This document shows positions 1 through 14,117 of a stretch of 64,000 nucleotides of DNA, piece by piece. Under the pieces are notes generated by a model. It was not told the DNA's origin, searched no databases, and saw only the letters and a program-made list of their open reading frames with translations. This stretch comes from Lytechinus pictus. Its lineage: Eukaryota. The position numbers were made by a program, and so were the translations under genes. Every line of letters starts with the position of its first letter. The stretch's first letter is position 1. Location of the stretch: the NCBI RefSeq assembly GCF_037042905.1, contig NC_087258.1:19654001-19718000 (forward strand). Reading direction: 5' to 3'.

Positions 1-537
1 AAGAAAGTTATGCATTTTTAAAAGTTGTAAATGTTGGGAATCACTATACCCATAGAGACTTGAAATTGGCCGCATATGGGATGTCATAGTGATGTAAGGC
101 AAGGACTACTCTTCCATGTACTCCAATACATATTATGGCTAAAATGTGAATTTTCCCAAAAGTTTTATTTCAAATTATATTTTTCTTTCATGAGGACATA
201 CAACAATATACTACCTGGGTTATATTTAGATTACTGCCCCAGGGGAATGGGTACTTAGGAGAAAACCACAAATCCCTGATAATAAAGTACATGGCCTATG
301 GGAAAGTTGTCCTTGCCCCTTGCCATAATTTACTTACCCAGTTGCCAATTTGAAATCTACATAGTATTAGTGATCTCAATTTTAAAGCAGCTATAACTTT
401 CTTATTGCTTGTCCGATTTCTTTCAAACTTTCACCATTCTGTTTAATTTACTTTTCTCCCTCCCAACACAACATTTTATGGCCAAGGCTAGATTCCCCTT
501 TAAATGTTCGTAGTCGTATGTTATGGTAAATAGGTAT

Positions 538-812
538 GGGGGCGTCGTGGTCTAGTGGTTAAGACTCTCGTCTTTCATTCTGTAGGACGTGGGTTCGATT
601 CCAAGCCATTGCGTGTTTTCCTTTAGCAAGAAATTTACCCACATTGTGCTGCACTCAACCCAGGTGAGGTAAATAGGTACTGGCAGGAAGTAATTCCTCA
701 AAAAGCTGTGCGGACCGGAATCGGTAGACTAGCTTAGCCGGGGTAATATAGGAGCGCCTTGAGCACCTAGAAAGGTGGATACCTGCGATATACAAATCCT
801 ATATTATTATTA
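538..812 (+). mobile_element. tRNA-derived SINE
   Basis: A-box (GTGGTCTAGTGG) and B-box (GGTTCGATTCC) head, core CACATTGTGCTGCACTCAACCCAGGTGAGGTAAA, (TAT)n tail; a related copy is at 55184-55475. Confidence 0.8.
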
Positions 813-1639
813 ATTCTAAATAGCATCGACGAAGCCTTTTCTTTTAAAATGTCCGAAAGCATGCATGGTATGCAAGACATTTTTTTTCTAAGGCGCTGGT
901 GGTGGGGAGAGGTGGCAAAATGTGTAAAATATTCATAAAGCAAGAAAGACAATGGTTGATACAAAATTATTTTTCTAGATAAATCTGGAAATGACAATAA
1001 AGCTGTCAACCAACACGATATGCGCATAAAAACGAAGTTGAAGAAAACACAATCATGAAATATGAAACAGATTAGACGCGACGTTAAAGAATAAACTGCA
1101 GTATACAGCGTCAATCCCGCTATTATACGAGCATTATTTCATGATTATGACGTCATAATTACAGTTACCATGGCAACACATCTATTATTCCTATTAAACT
1201 ATCAAGGACATGAAGGTTTGCGTATGAAGAGCCCCATGAAAATCGTTCACTCACCTCTGTTTAATCCTTCTTTGTTGTTTAATAACCCCTGCCGATTCTA
1301 AATGCAAGGCAGTCTTCTTTCACTGGCGTTAGTAATCATGTTGCTATGGCTATACTGTCTTGGTGTTAAGGCGCCCGCCTGTAAACCGAGCTAAGTGGGG
1401 GAGGGTGTTACAAAGTGGTGTCGAGGTTCGAGAATCGAGCCCTGGTCACGTCTTTCGGATGATGAAGTTAAAAGTCGGTCCCACAAATCAATAATCGAAT
1501 AATGATACATGTGTGAACAAAAACTCATTCACACGCCGGTTGTGAAATGGTTGTGAATGGTGAATAACGACCTGTCCAGAAAACAAATGGAATAGTATCT
1601 AAAACCAGCCCATATATATGTTTAAACTAGGAAGATTAA

Positions 1640-1780
1640 TACCTTGGTCACATTTGCTCTACGGCGGCCGTACGGCGAGTCGAAAACGCCGTTTTTTACC
1701 AACTACATACAGGTGGTTTGAATTAAAATTGATAAAACGGCTGTTTTCGACTCGCCGTAGAGCAAATGTGACCAAGGTAT
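1640..1780. mobile_element. Short palindromic MITE
   Basis: Inverted ends TACCTTGGTCACATTTGCTCTACGGCG / CGCCGTAGAGCAAATGTGACCAAGGTA. Confidence 0.7.
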
Positions 1781-4722
1781 AAGATTCGATTTAACAGTCT
1801 TTACCAAGAGAGGTCAACGATCTCCCGTAACATCACTTTTATGATTCATTTCATCAATTTGGCAGCCATGATATTAATTCATACTGAACGAAATGTTTGC
1901 TTTATGAAATCCGATCATCGCATTCCGGTTTGCCTGCACACCATTTATGGTATGTACCTTTTCCATATTATACATGAAATAATTAAAAACAAATATTAAA
2001 CCCAAAAGACTCCCAAGAGGATTTTTTTTTAAATGGTATGTGCCTTTGTGATGTGACTCTGTGACACCTTTTTTTTCATTTTGCGCACATTAGTTCCTGA
2101 AATTGATTATTTATTATGTATTTCACGCTATGAAACATTTACTCTTTTAAAATGATTTTTTTTCACACTTTTCGCCTTGAAGAGGGGCACGTACACAGTG
2201 CAGACAAGATAATTGGGTGAATTGTATCCAACGAACATTTATATGCCCCCCAAAGGAATTTGGCATCTCATTTTGATACCCTCGAAGGGTAGCAATATTA
2301 GGCCCTCCTACCTTTTACCCAACGACCCCAATTTCATTTAAAGGCGAAAAATTACATTTTCTGTTTGATTTTCGCGCTCACATTATTGATCTAGGATACC
2401 TAATTACTCATTCTTTTCATGACAAATCATGAATAGAGTGACCCGTTTTAAAATCTAAATCTCTTTTTTTCCGCTCACGCTTCGCGCTCGCATTGTGTAG
2501 TTATATGCCTATCCTGCCCATGATTACAAAGTATGCTTATAATTTCCATTTTATAGGTTGGAATGTCAAAAATTTTCACCTCACGCTTCGCGCTAATTTC
2601 CATGAAGACTATGCCCTTTTAGTATAATATCCATTTGGTCTAAAACCCATTGGTGTAATAAGTGTATACGGGTTTAGTTGAATGGTTGATTAACCAAATT
2701 TTAATTTGCCAAAGTAAAAAAAAGATAGGTAGATGAAATGGAAATTAATGCAAGTGGGTATTAGACTATAAAATGAGAACAATACTAAGCATGTTACATG
2801 GACCATTAAGACCAAGTGCAGTATAGATGGAAGGGCAATTATACCAAAGTAATATTACTGGTGTACATGTGGGAGTGGGGCTTGGGGGCCATGACCGCCC
2901 CCCATTCTTCCCGACCAAGAAAAAATAAAACAAAAAGAAAGCAAAGGAAAGAGAAGGGTGAAATAAGATATTATTTTCGGAATATAATGTCAAGCTCTAT
3001 CACAAAATTATACTTTTTGTGATGAAATATGTCAAATATTTTTGCTCGCTCGCTTTCCTCGCAACTTTGTTAAAATTTTGCCCAATACAGCATGTCTGGC
3101 CCCCCTCAGAATTTTTGGTTCATAACGCCACTGATTGATTTAGTTTACCCCACATGTCATTGGACTATCTGAGATTTAGATCAATTGCTCGAATATATAC
3201 CGAGTGAATATTAACCGATTCAGACACCATAATGTAAAGAGTCATCGCAGGAAAAAGAAATCCTCAAGCACAAACTCCAGACCTGTATGCTTCTCATAAT
3301 AATCTCTTTAACAAAATGCATATCAGCAAGACAATACGTATTGAAATTCATCTGCTATCATTTTTCTTAAAGTAATTTAATTTCAAGAAAGGTATTCGTA
3401 AATGCCCTTCGGCCATGTATACCTTTGTCTTTTATTTCTCACTTCCCTTACTCTATTTTCCTATGTGTATTCTGTCAATTTTAGAAGCGGGAATGGTTGG
3501 TTTTGCCATTCTTTAATTACGTCGGACAGTTCCGCGCGTTGATTATTGGATCGTTACTTTGCCTAAAGCCAAAATATTAAAAATTCAATAAAAGTATAGT
3601 ACCCTCTGCGTAAGAGTGACACACATTTTTTCTATGAAGGTTTTCCATAAAGCGGTTCATATAGTTCAATGTAGTGTCCTCCTTCTTAAAAGGAGGGGGG
3701 GGGGGGAAAGATTTTCCCTATCTGCGTTCAAAGTAAAAAACAATTGTCTCACTATAGCCTGGTGTCTGTAACCATACTTTTACCAAACATGTTTTTTTTT
3801 TCTTTTCATAACTTGGAAAATCTCAGGAAAATGGGTCGGGGCCCAGACAGCAAAGCATTTGTTTTTTATCTGGGATATCTGGGGGTTGATCTAAAAATAC
3901 GAATAGCTTTATAGACGCATGTCATAACAAAGGTGTAGGCTGGGTGTACACCCTCCCGCTGAGGCAGAAGAGTTCCGACACTGACAAGCAAAATGGAATT
4001 TGTACCCCTTCTTCTCCTGTCAACAGCTGATATTCCAAACTTAAGTTCCTCCCCCAGGATGTGCACCACCCCATGCTCAAACCAGCCTACGCCCTTGCAC
4101 AGAGAGTAAACAAAAATAAAAACCATTCTGATTTAAAGGGCACATACCGTAAGTCATAATTTGGTAGGACCTGACAATATTGAAAATTGCATATCATCGG
4201 TCGGCTTGGAGTCAGTTTGAAACTTTTTGCTGACATGACGGCAGCATTACAAACGTAACACAGTACTACGTAGCAATCAAAATATGATAAATACTAAATA
4301 CTAAAAAAATATATAAAGATTTTTTTTTTTCAAAATAACTTACATGTTGGAAAGTTAAATGCGTCCAAACAACAGAGGCGTTTTTTTTTGGTTTCCTATA
4401 AAGATTAACTTGCTTCCATTTTGACAAATTTCTTCATTTTTTGTAAACATGATTTTCGTAAAGAATATCAATATGTACAAGCTGTGTTTATAGAAGAAGG
4501 CGTAAGTCCCTACAGACGCAGACGTTTGCAACGGGATACGCCTGTAGAAAATAATTAGCGCGGAGGGAAGAAGGAATGGAACCGAGAGAGGAAGAAGTGA
4601 GCGGGAAGGCGGGCAAGAATTAATAAGGAAATCACACCATGGATCCATGATCATAGTTACAAAACAATGCTCGGCGTGTTGGATCAGCTGGTAGAGCGTT
4701 CACCTCACAACCGGGAGGTCAG

Positions 4723-4982
4723 GGGAGCGTTTCATGAAAGGACTTGTCAGATGTTTTATCCGACAGTTACTATGATAACAGTCAGTGGCGGACCGTGACC
4801 CGGATGAGACAAAGCATTGGAGGGGCACAGCATTGTTCACAAACAATACAGTGCCCCTCCAATGCTTTGTCTCCTCCGGGTCACAGTCCGCCACTGATAA
4901 CAGTGTCTCTCAGCCAATCATAATCAAGGAAAGTTGTCAGACCTGACAACTTGTCGGATGAATATGTTGATGAAACGCTCCC
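4723..4982. mobile_element. PIF/Harbinger-like MITE
   Basis: TIRs GGGAGCGTTTCAT / ATGAAACGCTCCC; 3-bp TSD CAG at 4720-4722 and 4983-4985. Confidence 0.75.
4783..4896. mobile_element. hAT-like hairpin MITE
   Basis: Near-perfect palindrome CAGTGGCGG...CCGCCACTG with 8-bp TSD ATAACAGT on both sides. Confidence 0.85.
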
Positions 4983-7017
4983 CAGGAGTTCAAACCCCGG
5001 TCGCGTCAGACCAAAAGACTTTAAAAGATGGGAGTTGCTGCTACCCTGTTTGGCATTCAACGATTAATAGATCAACGTCGATCTGGCGCTGCACAGCGGC
5101 TGCTGTGCCAACGATCAAATTGAGCAAATGAATTTTCGGAGTATTTCTGTTTCAGAATTAAATTTCTAACAATAAAATGTTAATTTTAATTTTTCGTGTT
5201 AAAGCTTTTTTCTTTCTTCAAAATAACGAACAATAACATAACAACAAACCCCCCAACCCATTAAAAACAGAATTTCCAAACAAAAATGACAAAAATGACC
5301 CTGGACAAATATAAAAAGATATACAGGTAAATGCAAACCTCATTTGAACCAAATTTTCACTATGGTGATATTGATTCAATTATTCGTTCGTTTTGTCTTC
5401 ACGATTGTATGAAATGCCATATAAATTCCATCTTTCATTGTATTCCATCGAATATACTTCCTATCATCCGACTCAAATCGCATTACCCTCGCCAAGGTCG
5501 AGGAAAAAGAGCATTTTCCTTCTCTTTCTCTCAAAATAGTTTGCCTCTCAATCTCTTATCACCATGGCAACCGTATATTATACAGACCTCATTCTGTCAG
5601 TGCTTGCCAAAATAGAGCGATGATTCTTTCTAATAACAATTTTGAGTAGAATGGGCTCTATTTATATTGTTTTGAATCCTTTCAAATTTATCACGGACAT
5701 TTAAAAGTGCATGAAAGTTGTTTATTTTTAACCCTCTTTTTCTTTCACTATATCACGCAATTTCACCCCAACGATTGGACCTTGATCTTAAAAAATTGTC
5801 ATTTGATTAGACAGTCATGAATACTAATCTTCTACGACCGCGTTTTGAACTTGATTGATGCGGAAATCATGAGTGAATGAAACTGATGTATTTACTGTTT
5901 GATAATGGGAATTAAACGTAAGTTGTTGTTGGTTAAACTTGATTTGTTCTGTTGTTGCGTCACTGTGTGTCGGTGTATGTGGGTATGTGGGTGCGGGTGT
6001 GCATCTGATTGTAAATGTGTTTACATGTTTTATGTGCGTGTATGAGTGTGGGTGTGTGTGTGTGGGTATGCGTGCTTTTCAAGAGTTGTGTGTATATGCA
6101 TGTGTGCTATTTAACGGGGGTCTGTAATACTTTATTCTGTTTATATATATTTAGAAGCTTTAATCAAAAATTTCTACTTAATATATTTTCAAACCAATAA
6201 TATAAATCATAAACAGCCCTCACCAAATTTAAATGCATTTAGAAATGAACAGAATTCTGTACTGCTCGTAGTTTATTTCAACGGTCTTGCAAACCGTTCA
6301 TATTCAATCGGTTTGAAGAATAAGCAATCACTTCTACATGCACGACATGTCAGAGCACTTTACATAATTCGAAAGAAGAGTCGAAGAGGGGGGACGGTAT
6401 TGAATCGGCGGATCGATCATCAACTTTACTCAGTAAGGACAAATCGATAAGGCAGCTACTCTATCAATTAATTAATCACTTGCTTTACCATGTTAATGGC
6501 CTTTGCTCAGCCAGCCATAGCATTTCCCTTCCTTTCCGAGCTGTGGACATGATGGAATCAACCTCACAGGGCGACTCGTTTTTTAATATCATTTTAACCA
6601 TTAAAGCATTCTATAGGATGATATATTCATAGGATGATGTATGATATATGAAATATGAAGCTTAATTTTCATATCCGTGCATGGTCAGTCACTTTGTTCC
6701 ACACTAAATTGATGTTACTGAGTAATTATCCTTGCTGAATTCAAGCCTGAATGTTGCTAACCTGGAACTTGCACTTTTCACGCGATTCGGGACATACGTA
6801 TACATGTACTAAATGATAATAGTAAAATTTGTTAGTACACGCATACCACCAAAATGTCTCTTTGAGTGGGAATCCAGATCAGAGATTGAGTTTGGGTTAT
6901 GTACAATATATAGGACCGTATTCTGTAATTCAAACCAAAGTACTTCTGATCGACGATCGAACTAGCACTTTGTAACTAATATTTTATCTTGATCGAATGG
7001 GTGTCAAATATTATGAA

Positions 7018-8353
7018 ACAAGTGGAATGCCTCTGGCGGTCTCACCTGCATCACGCGATTCAATATAGCAGCAGTGCTGACTTTGAAAACTACTATAAAA
7101 TAATTATAATGATACAATACTACGTTCATTGACATTTCACCTTGATCATGTGACTTAAAACTTGTCAGTGATACTTGATTACCCCTATATCCACATTTTA
7201 TACCCTATATCTATAAACTTTGAAAGTTATGCCAGCAATCTAATAATTACCTCTAAAATGGCCAAATTTCAATGACCTTAAATGACCTTTGACTTTGGTC
7301 GAGTGACCTGAAACTCGCATGAGATTTTAGTGATACTTGATGATTCTTATGTCCAAGTTTTATGAACTAGACCAATTTACTTAAAAAGTTATGGTAATTC
7401 AATAAATACCCCCAACATGGCCAAAGTCCATTGACCTTTGACCTTGGTCATGTGACCTGAACTCGCACAAGATGTTCAGTGATACTTGGTTACTCTTATG
7501 TCCATGTTTTATGAACTAAACCAGTACACTTACAGAGATATGATGGTAATTCAACAAATATCCCCAACATGGCCAAAGTTCATTGACCTTAAATGACCTT
7601 TGACATTGGTCATGTGACCCGAAACTAGGACGGGATGTTCAAAGATACTTGATTACTCTTATGTCAAAGTTTCATGAATCAGATCCATAAACTTTCAAAG
7701 TTATGATGGTAATTCAACAGATACCCCCCCCCTACATGGCGAAAGTTCATTGACCTTTGACCTTGGTCATGTGACCTGAAATTCACACAGGATGTTTAGT
7801 GATACTTGATTACTCTTATGTCCAAGTTTTATGAACTAGAGTCATAAATTTGAAAGTTTATTGGTCTAGTTACTAGACCAATAAACTTTCAAATTTATGA
7901 TGGTAATTCAACAAATACCCCCAACTTTGCCAAAGTTCATTGACCATAAATGACATATGACCTTGGTCATGTGACTTGAAACTCAAGCAGGATGTTTAGT
8001 AATTCTTGATTAACCTTATGTCGAAGTTTCATGAACTATGTTGATATATTTTATAAGTTATGATGACATTTCAAAAACTTAATCTTAGGTTAAGATTTTG
8101 ATGTTGATTTCCCCAACATGGTCTAAGTTCATTGACCCTAAATGACATTTGACCTTAGTCATGTGACCTGAAATTTGGGCAGGATGTTCAGTAATACTTG
8201 ATTTACCTTATGACTAAGTTTCATGAACTAGGTCTATATACTTTTTAAGTTATGCTGTCATTTCAAAACCTTAACCTTAAGATTTGGTGTTGACGCCGCC
8301 GCCGCCGTCGGAAAAGCGGCGCCTATAGTCTCACTCTGCTATGCAGGTGAGAC
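7018..8353 (-). mobile_element. Non-autonomous Helentron/DINE-like element with internal tandem array
   Basis: Subterminal inverted repeat GTCTCACCTGCAT (7039) / ATGCAGGTGAGAC (8341), (GCC)n microsatellite near one end, internal 150-190-bp tandem units (GACCTTTGACCTTGGTCATGTGACC), A/T-run flanks; second copy at 46102-47050. Confidence 0.65.
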
Positions 8354-8570
8354 AAAAATGATATTTGCTTTCCATTTCCCACTGCGGTTTGTGTTGTACC
8401 TCAGGAGTTAAACAATTAAAAAAAATCATAACAATAAGATAAAGACGAGGGATTTGAGTGACAGATGACAAAAGGTTAGCTTGCAAGTAGCCGCCCCAAC
8501 ATCAACATCGAATACTTTCTTTATAGCTAAGACGTTTTATTTCAATCTTTTAACTTTCTGTCATTCCCAG

Positions 8571-8781
8571 GTTTGCGTTTTCTACGAGCTCCTCACCGGA
8601 AGCTACCTCCCTCTTCTCGATTACGTCATCATCCGGGTCATCCTGGCGTCATCCATTCTGAACCCCATCGTATACGTCACATTCTCCCAGACCTACCGCT
8701 ACGGATACCAGCGCGTCCTGGTCAAACCCCTCCGTATGTGTGGGTACGAATGGCGGTCGAGGAAACCGCTGGGACTCACAG
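8571..8781 (+). CDS. Rhodopsin-like (class A) GPCR, exon encoding the end of TM6, ECL3, TM7 and helix 8
   Basis: Polypyrimidine-CAG acceptor and AG/GTAATT donor; translation VCVFYELLTGSYLPLLDYVIIRVILASSILNPIVYVTFSQTYRYGY contains NPxxY followed by F; phase-1 end matches the exon at 11781. Confidence 0.85.
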
Positions 8782-8790
8782 GTAATTACA

Positions 8791-9088
8791 CACAGCAAAA
8801 ACCATGATGTTAATTGGTGTATATATTCAGTCAGTTTACCAATTTACTCCGGTGTTCAATTTGGTGTAAGTTTAACACCTATGAGTGTTATCACAAGTTC
8901 GCAACACCTTTTGCTGTTACTTTGACACTCGTAGGTGTTCGGCAGTCATTTAAGTCCGGTGTTATTTTAAAACACCTTTGAGGGCTGTCAAAACACCCTT
9001 GGTTGTTATTTTTACACCCTTTGGCGTTCTTTTCAATACATGGGGGTTTAGTGTAAAACCCAGTGTCAATTTTTTTTATATACAGTGC
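8791..9088. repeat. CAC...GTG-ended MITE-like repeat rich in ACACC/GGTGT
   Basis: Begins CACAGCAAAAA, ends TTTTTTTATATACAGTG, with many internal ACACC/GGTGT motifs. Confidence 0.45.
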
Positions 9089-11780
9089 AATGGTGTATTT
9101 AATGGCAGCTTTACAATGGAGGTAGGCTCCTATGATTTTCAAGAATTAGAAAAAAGCGGAGAAAAAAGATGAAAAAGTGAAGAAAAAAAAAGAAACTAGA
9201 AGAGAAGCAATAAAACAAAAGATGTAGGTCATGTTACTCTGTACCTTGATATTCAACTGAGAAAATAATAACTTTCGGTCGTCTTATTTCTTCTCAAATA
9301 CCATGGCGCTGACCAAGTATATACGCCCAGGAAATCTATTTTGTCGGTTGGAATATGTTTCTATCAACACTTAATTTGAAAATTATATGTAAAACATAAT
9401 TGGAATTGTTTATATCAGCAGCTGAAGTTTCGATCTAATCAGAATAAAATCTGGTAGGTTACACGTTCATCTCGTAATCTGACATGAAGTCGTAGCTTTA
9501 TCTGGTCAAAGATGAGTAAAAAATGATAAAAAACAAGTCTAGGGGGGGGGGGGGCCACAAATGGCGTATGGGGAAAGTTAAAAACAAATTGATACAAAGA
9601 TCGTATTTGCGGTAGATTCTAAAATAATATTTAGAAAATACTATCATATTTTATCTTTCTCCTTTCATTTTCTCTGTTTTTTCTTATCGTGATTTTTTTA
9701 AATTTTATTTATTATCATTATTATTATTGTTTTTTGGGGGACCCAAAGCCCCTATCTGTACACCAGAGTCAAAGATGACGCATATATCTTAAGATTAAGG
9801 ACCCACATATCAACCTTATCATTCCCAAAAGTATTAAATCAAGCTAGGAGGAAAGTACAGCGATTGCCCTGACCATTTGAAAGAATTTGAAAAGAATGCG
9901 AATCAATCTGAGTGAGGGGGTTAACCGTCCTCTCCGGAACAGCCTTAATGCCCAATGTGACCCCCCGTTGAGAGATGCTTGGATTTGAACCATTAATGGT
10001 ACGGAATTCCAGTTACAACGATAGAGTTAATTTAAGATGATGTGTATAGTTATTATGGAATAGTCCTTGAAGTTTTGATAATTTGTTATTATAGTAACCA
10101 TATTCACATCTAACTTAGATCGGCAGTGCAGTAAGTGCCAATGAGCAGTCGGTGCCAACCATTCATAGGCAATATTACGCAATAGGTAAAATGAACATGC
10201 GGTCACGTGTACACACTTAACGATGGCATGACCGTAGCATAATTTTTTCGGGGAGGGTGGCAAGGTGCGTAAACATTTGAAAATGAAGGAGCGAAGCAGC
10301 CATGCTTGTCATGGGAGCGCTTTTGCATTTTCTAAAGTAAAATTAAAGGATTTCGTGTACACTTTTGGTGATTTTTGTGAAAAATTTTCGGTAAACAATT
10401 AAAGTTTTCAAAATTTTCTGGGGTGGGGGCACTCCCCGGCCTCCGCTGTGTACGGCCATGGACCGATTAAGGAACATGTGCTCCCCCAACTTAATGACTT
10501 AAAAAAAAGATTTCTAACACTTCGGGTGCTAAAACATCACGTAATGTGCTGCATTGCTACATTGAGCATCCAATGTGCTACTTTAAACACCACGGGTGCT
10601 AAAAAGGAAAGCACCTGAAGTGAAGCACTTTCTTTTTAAAGTGTACATTGTCAAATTACAATCATATTCGAAAAGCTAATTTAAACGCTTGTTGGAACTA
10701 CATAAATGTTTCTTCTTAGAACATCTGTTATTTTCATCAGACTCATACTGCTTTTCTTTTTATTTATATACTCATTAAATCGATTTGGGGGAACTGCCAG
10801 AGGCGTGGTATATACCATGCTAGGATTTTTATTGATCAGACATTGTCTGTAAACTCATCTCTCACGGAAAATATAGAACGTTGAACAAAAATAAAGACAG
10901 AAACATCTGAAATAGGTTCATTTCTGGTCTGCTATTCCCATGATACTTGCCCCAGGATATTTCCATTCGAAATAAACAAATCGAATGCTTCTACTTATGG
11001 ACAAGGATGGGGGCTTTGATCACTATTACTTTTTTGCCATGTAGTTTCTCTTTCTCTATTTCTTTTGTATCCCTTTTCACTTTCCCTTCTTCTTCAGTTT
11101 CTTCTTCTCCTGTTTTTTTCCATTACACTTCTCTTTTCCTCCTTTTCGTTCTTCTATTCACATGCACCGTTGCCTTTTTCTTCATCTTCACTTCTCCTCT
11201 TTCTTCTTCTACTTCTTCTTCTCCTTTTCTTTTTCTTCTCTTTCTCATCTTCGTCTTTCTCTTTCTTATTCTCCTTCCCCCATCTTCTTTTCCTTCCTCT
11301 TACAAAGTCTTGATTTTGATTGTAATATGCTATTAGAATTAAATGAAAATAATGTGACATATCCACATATTTCCAGGTGATATCAAACGGATCACTGCGA
11401 TATCCTTGTGTCCTACTTCTATCGGGAAAGGAAAAGAAGATTTGAATACAGTATATACGGGTCAAAAGTTTACAATTTGCATTCATATAGTCAGGTATTA
11501 TTCAGTGCAATTGAAGCCTTTATAGAATTTTTTTTTTTACAGTGAAGAGTTCAACAACAACAACAACAACAACAATGTATACAACGCACAAATTCACTAC
11601 TTTCAGTCCCAATGGGAATACAGACATCATTAAATATGAGAAATGTATTTTGTCTACTTCAGACCCGAAGGAAATCGATGAAGTTTAGAGATATTATGGA
11701 AAGAAAACAAATAAAGGAAAGAAATTGAATTTGACTGCAGATAAAATCCTTGTTTATTTGTTTGTTCTCATTTTGTGTAG

Positions 11781-13093
11781 GGAGTGAAATGCAAAAGATT
11801 TCTCACCGAATGGCTCTGGAAGAATGGGAGAGTCCCGGTTTGGTACGCCGGCAGTACAGCAAACGACGCATTAAGAAAAAGATCACCCGAATGCACCACG
11901 TTTACACGGTCAGCGAAAAAAACGGAAATGGCTATATCGACGGAAAGTGTGATGACGACCGTGCAGGGAGACGGAGGCGGTATCGGAAGAACACTTCAAT
12001 TGATGCGTCACGAGGAGCAGGCATCACTAGTGCGTCAGTAAAAGTAGCGCGGCGCAGACGGAACACTGGCCAGGAAAATCGCGGGCATGCTAAAGGCCCT
12101 TTCAAAAATGGGGACACAACCTTCGTCCAGCAGCAGATGGACTTCCCTGCATCGTCTCAAGTCCTGTCCAAGGACGAGAATGGGTCCGCGGTGTTATGTC
12201 AGAACTTGAGGGTGATCGGCTCTTTCCGTCAAACGGTTCGCAAGGATAGCAAATCGGCACCGTGTGAAGTGTTTCCTCTAGAATGCTCGGAATACGCATC
12301 AACCGGAAATGACGATATTCAAGTACAATCCAAAGATCCTTTGCCTCAACCAAAGAGGTATCTTCCGCAAACTCTGCAGGCACTTGCAGCATCGGCTGTT
12401 GAACTGGAAAAGTGTCAAACAAAAGGGCAGATAACAGTTTCTGAAGCATCACCTCCGGTGAGGGAGCGCGAGGATTGTGTTAGTATTCATGGTTCGAATG
12501 GGACGAGCGTTCTCCAGCCATTCGACAATTCAGCCGGGACCAACGCTCAAGGTCATGTCTCTATCCACTTAGAAGTGATCGAATATGTGAATAGAAACGA
12601 GATGAAACACAAAAATGGATCGCTTGTGAGCACAATTCGTAGGTGTCAACTGAAGGACAAATCACAGAAGACAACAGATGATGGGCAAACTGGACCATCG
12701 TTTGTCTTTTCCTTAAGGGAAAACCGCTTTCTACCAGAACAAATTCACCAGGAAAGCATCGACACCTTTTCCTATGAAAATGGTGAAGACACTTCATCAA
12801 ACTCCATTTTAACAAATGATGTAACGAATGGGGCTTTCGCTCCGATGCAAACTTCTGCAGACGTCTCTGAGAAAAATCAAGAATCTTCTCATACCTTGAG
12901 GGCTACCAAAGAACGACCGAAGAGGACAAGCGAGATCTTGCGCGAAAGTTCACGATATAGTGATGACATTGCTAAACTGAATGATTTGATGCTTCAGGAC
13001 TACAGTAGGAAGATGCACAAAACAACTCCAGTGAACTCCTTAGTATCGAGTAAAGGAAGTTCCCCAAACAATCATGAAACAGAAAACAAATGA
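11781..13093 (+). CDS. Terminal exon of the GPCR: long low-complexity cytoplasmic C-tail
   Basis: Acceptor TTTTGTGTAG at 11771-11780; G|GG completes a Gly codon in phase with exon 8571-8781; 1.3-kb stop-free ORF ending TGA at 13091-13093. Confidence 0.75.
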
Positions 13094-13811
13094 ACTGATT
13101 TCAAATGGTAATAAATTTGGTGTTCCATCCTGCTGAGAAGGAGATATGCAAGACTAAACTTTGCCCGGTACAGATTGCAAATGTTCGAATAATACATGTC
13201 ACAGGAAGTAGTTAAAGCGAAAAGAATTGGAATATTCAGGCATATGTATTTCCATTATGCCATACATGTGTTTATTTATTTGCTCAATCATTATTATTTT
13301 ATTTATTTATTTGTTGTTATTGTTATTATTAGTATCATAATTTTTTTTTTGGGGGGTAACAATACCCAAATTCTGTTGGCAAGAAATGATCGACATATTC
13401 GGCTAACATATTGATATCTCCAACCATGGAGAGGTAATCGATAGTCGGGGGGGGGGGGGGGTGAAGCGGTTGTGTCTTCTGCGCCATGGACACTATATCG
13501 TTGGATCACCGGGACGGGGAGGGAGAAATTATTGTCAATCTACTTCAGAAATGCTGAAATATCAATTGATTTAAGTGTTAGATTCTGAGTTTATATGCCC
13601 GTTATCTATATTTGCTTTACGTATACAATGTGTATTCTTTATCAAATAAGAGGAAGTATTTTGTTTTTGTTTGTCGGACTAAAATTCGTAATTCTAAATT
13701 TGTAATAAAGGGATCTTTCTCAAAGTAAATTTTACCCTGGTTTGTAAAAATTGTCATTGTACGGGGGGGGGGGGGGTTCATGAATTTTGTGTGTGTAAAG
13801 TTGAGTATGAC

Positions 13812-13914
13812 CATGGACCTATCCACAGAGGATTATCTATTGTTATTGGGGGTGCTGTGACAACGCTCAGCACCCCCAGTAACAATAGAATAATCCTCCG
13901 TGGATAGGTCCATG
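13812..13914. mobile_element. hAT-like hairpin MITE
   Basis: Palindrome CATGGACCTATCCAC...GTGGATAGGTCCATG with 8-bp TSD AGTATGAC. Confidence 0.85.
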
Positions 13915-14117
13915 AGTATGACTGTACAAACGAATGGGATATGACAAGTTAGTAGAGCCAAATTGTAAGGCAAAGTTTTTGAGATGTCGAGCAAAGTATG
14001 ACTGTTTTAAAACATAATCTCATTATCACCACCATTTATCAACTTAGGAGACAGTTTTTCAGCCTGGATTTATCGACATTAACAATATCGACAATCTGCA
14101 CACTTCACCTTCGACTA

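Larger units (their letters stand above)
4669..5190 (+). mobile_element. tRNA-derived SINE interrupted by nested MITEs
   Basis: A-box-like GATCAGCTGGTAGAGCG; removing 4723-4985 rejoins the head to the B-box (GGAGGTCAG-GAGTTCAAACCCC). Confidence 0.7.

Noticed and set aside
5939-6200. Cys/Val-rich ORFs
   Set aside because: Degenerate (GT)n microsatellite.
10947-11486. Phe/Ser/Leu-rich or Lys/Glu-rich ORFs
   Set aside because: CT-rich low-complexity intronic tract.
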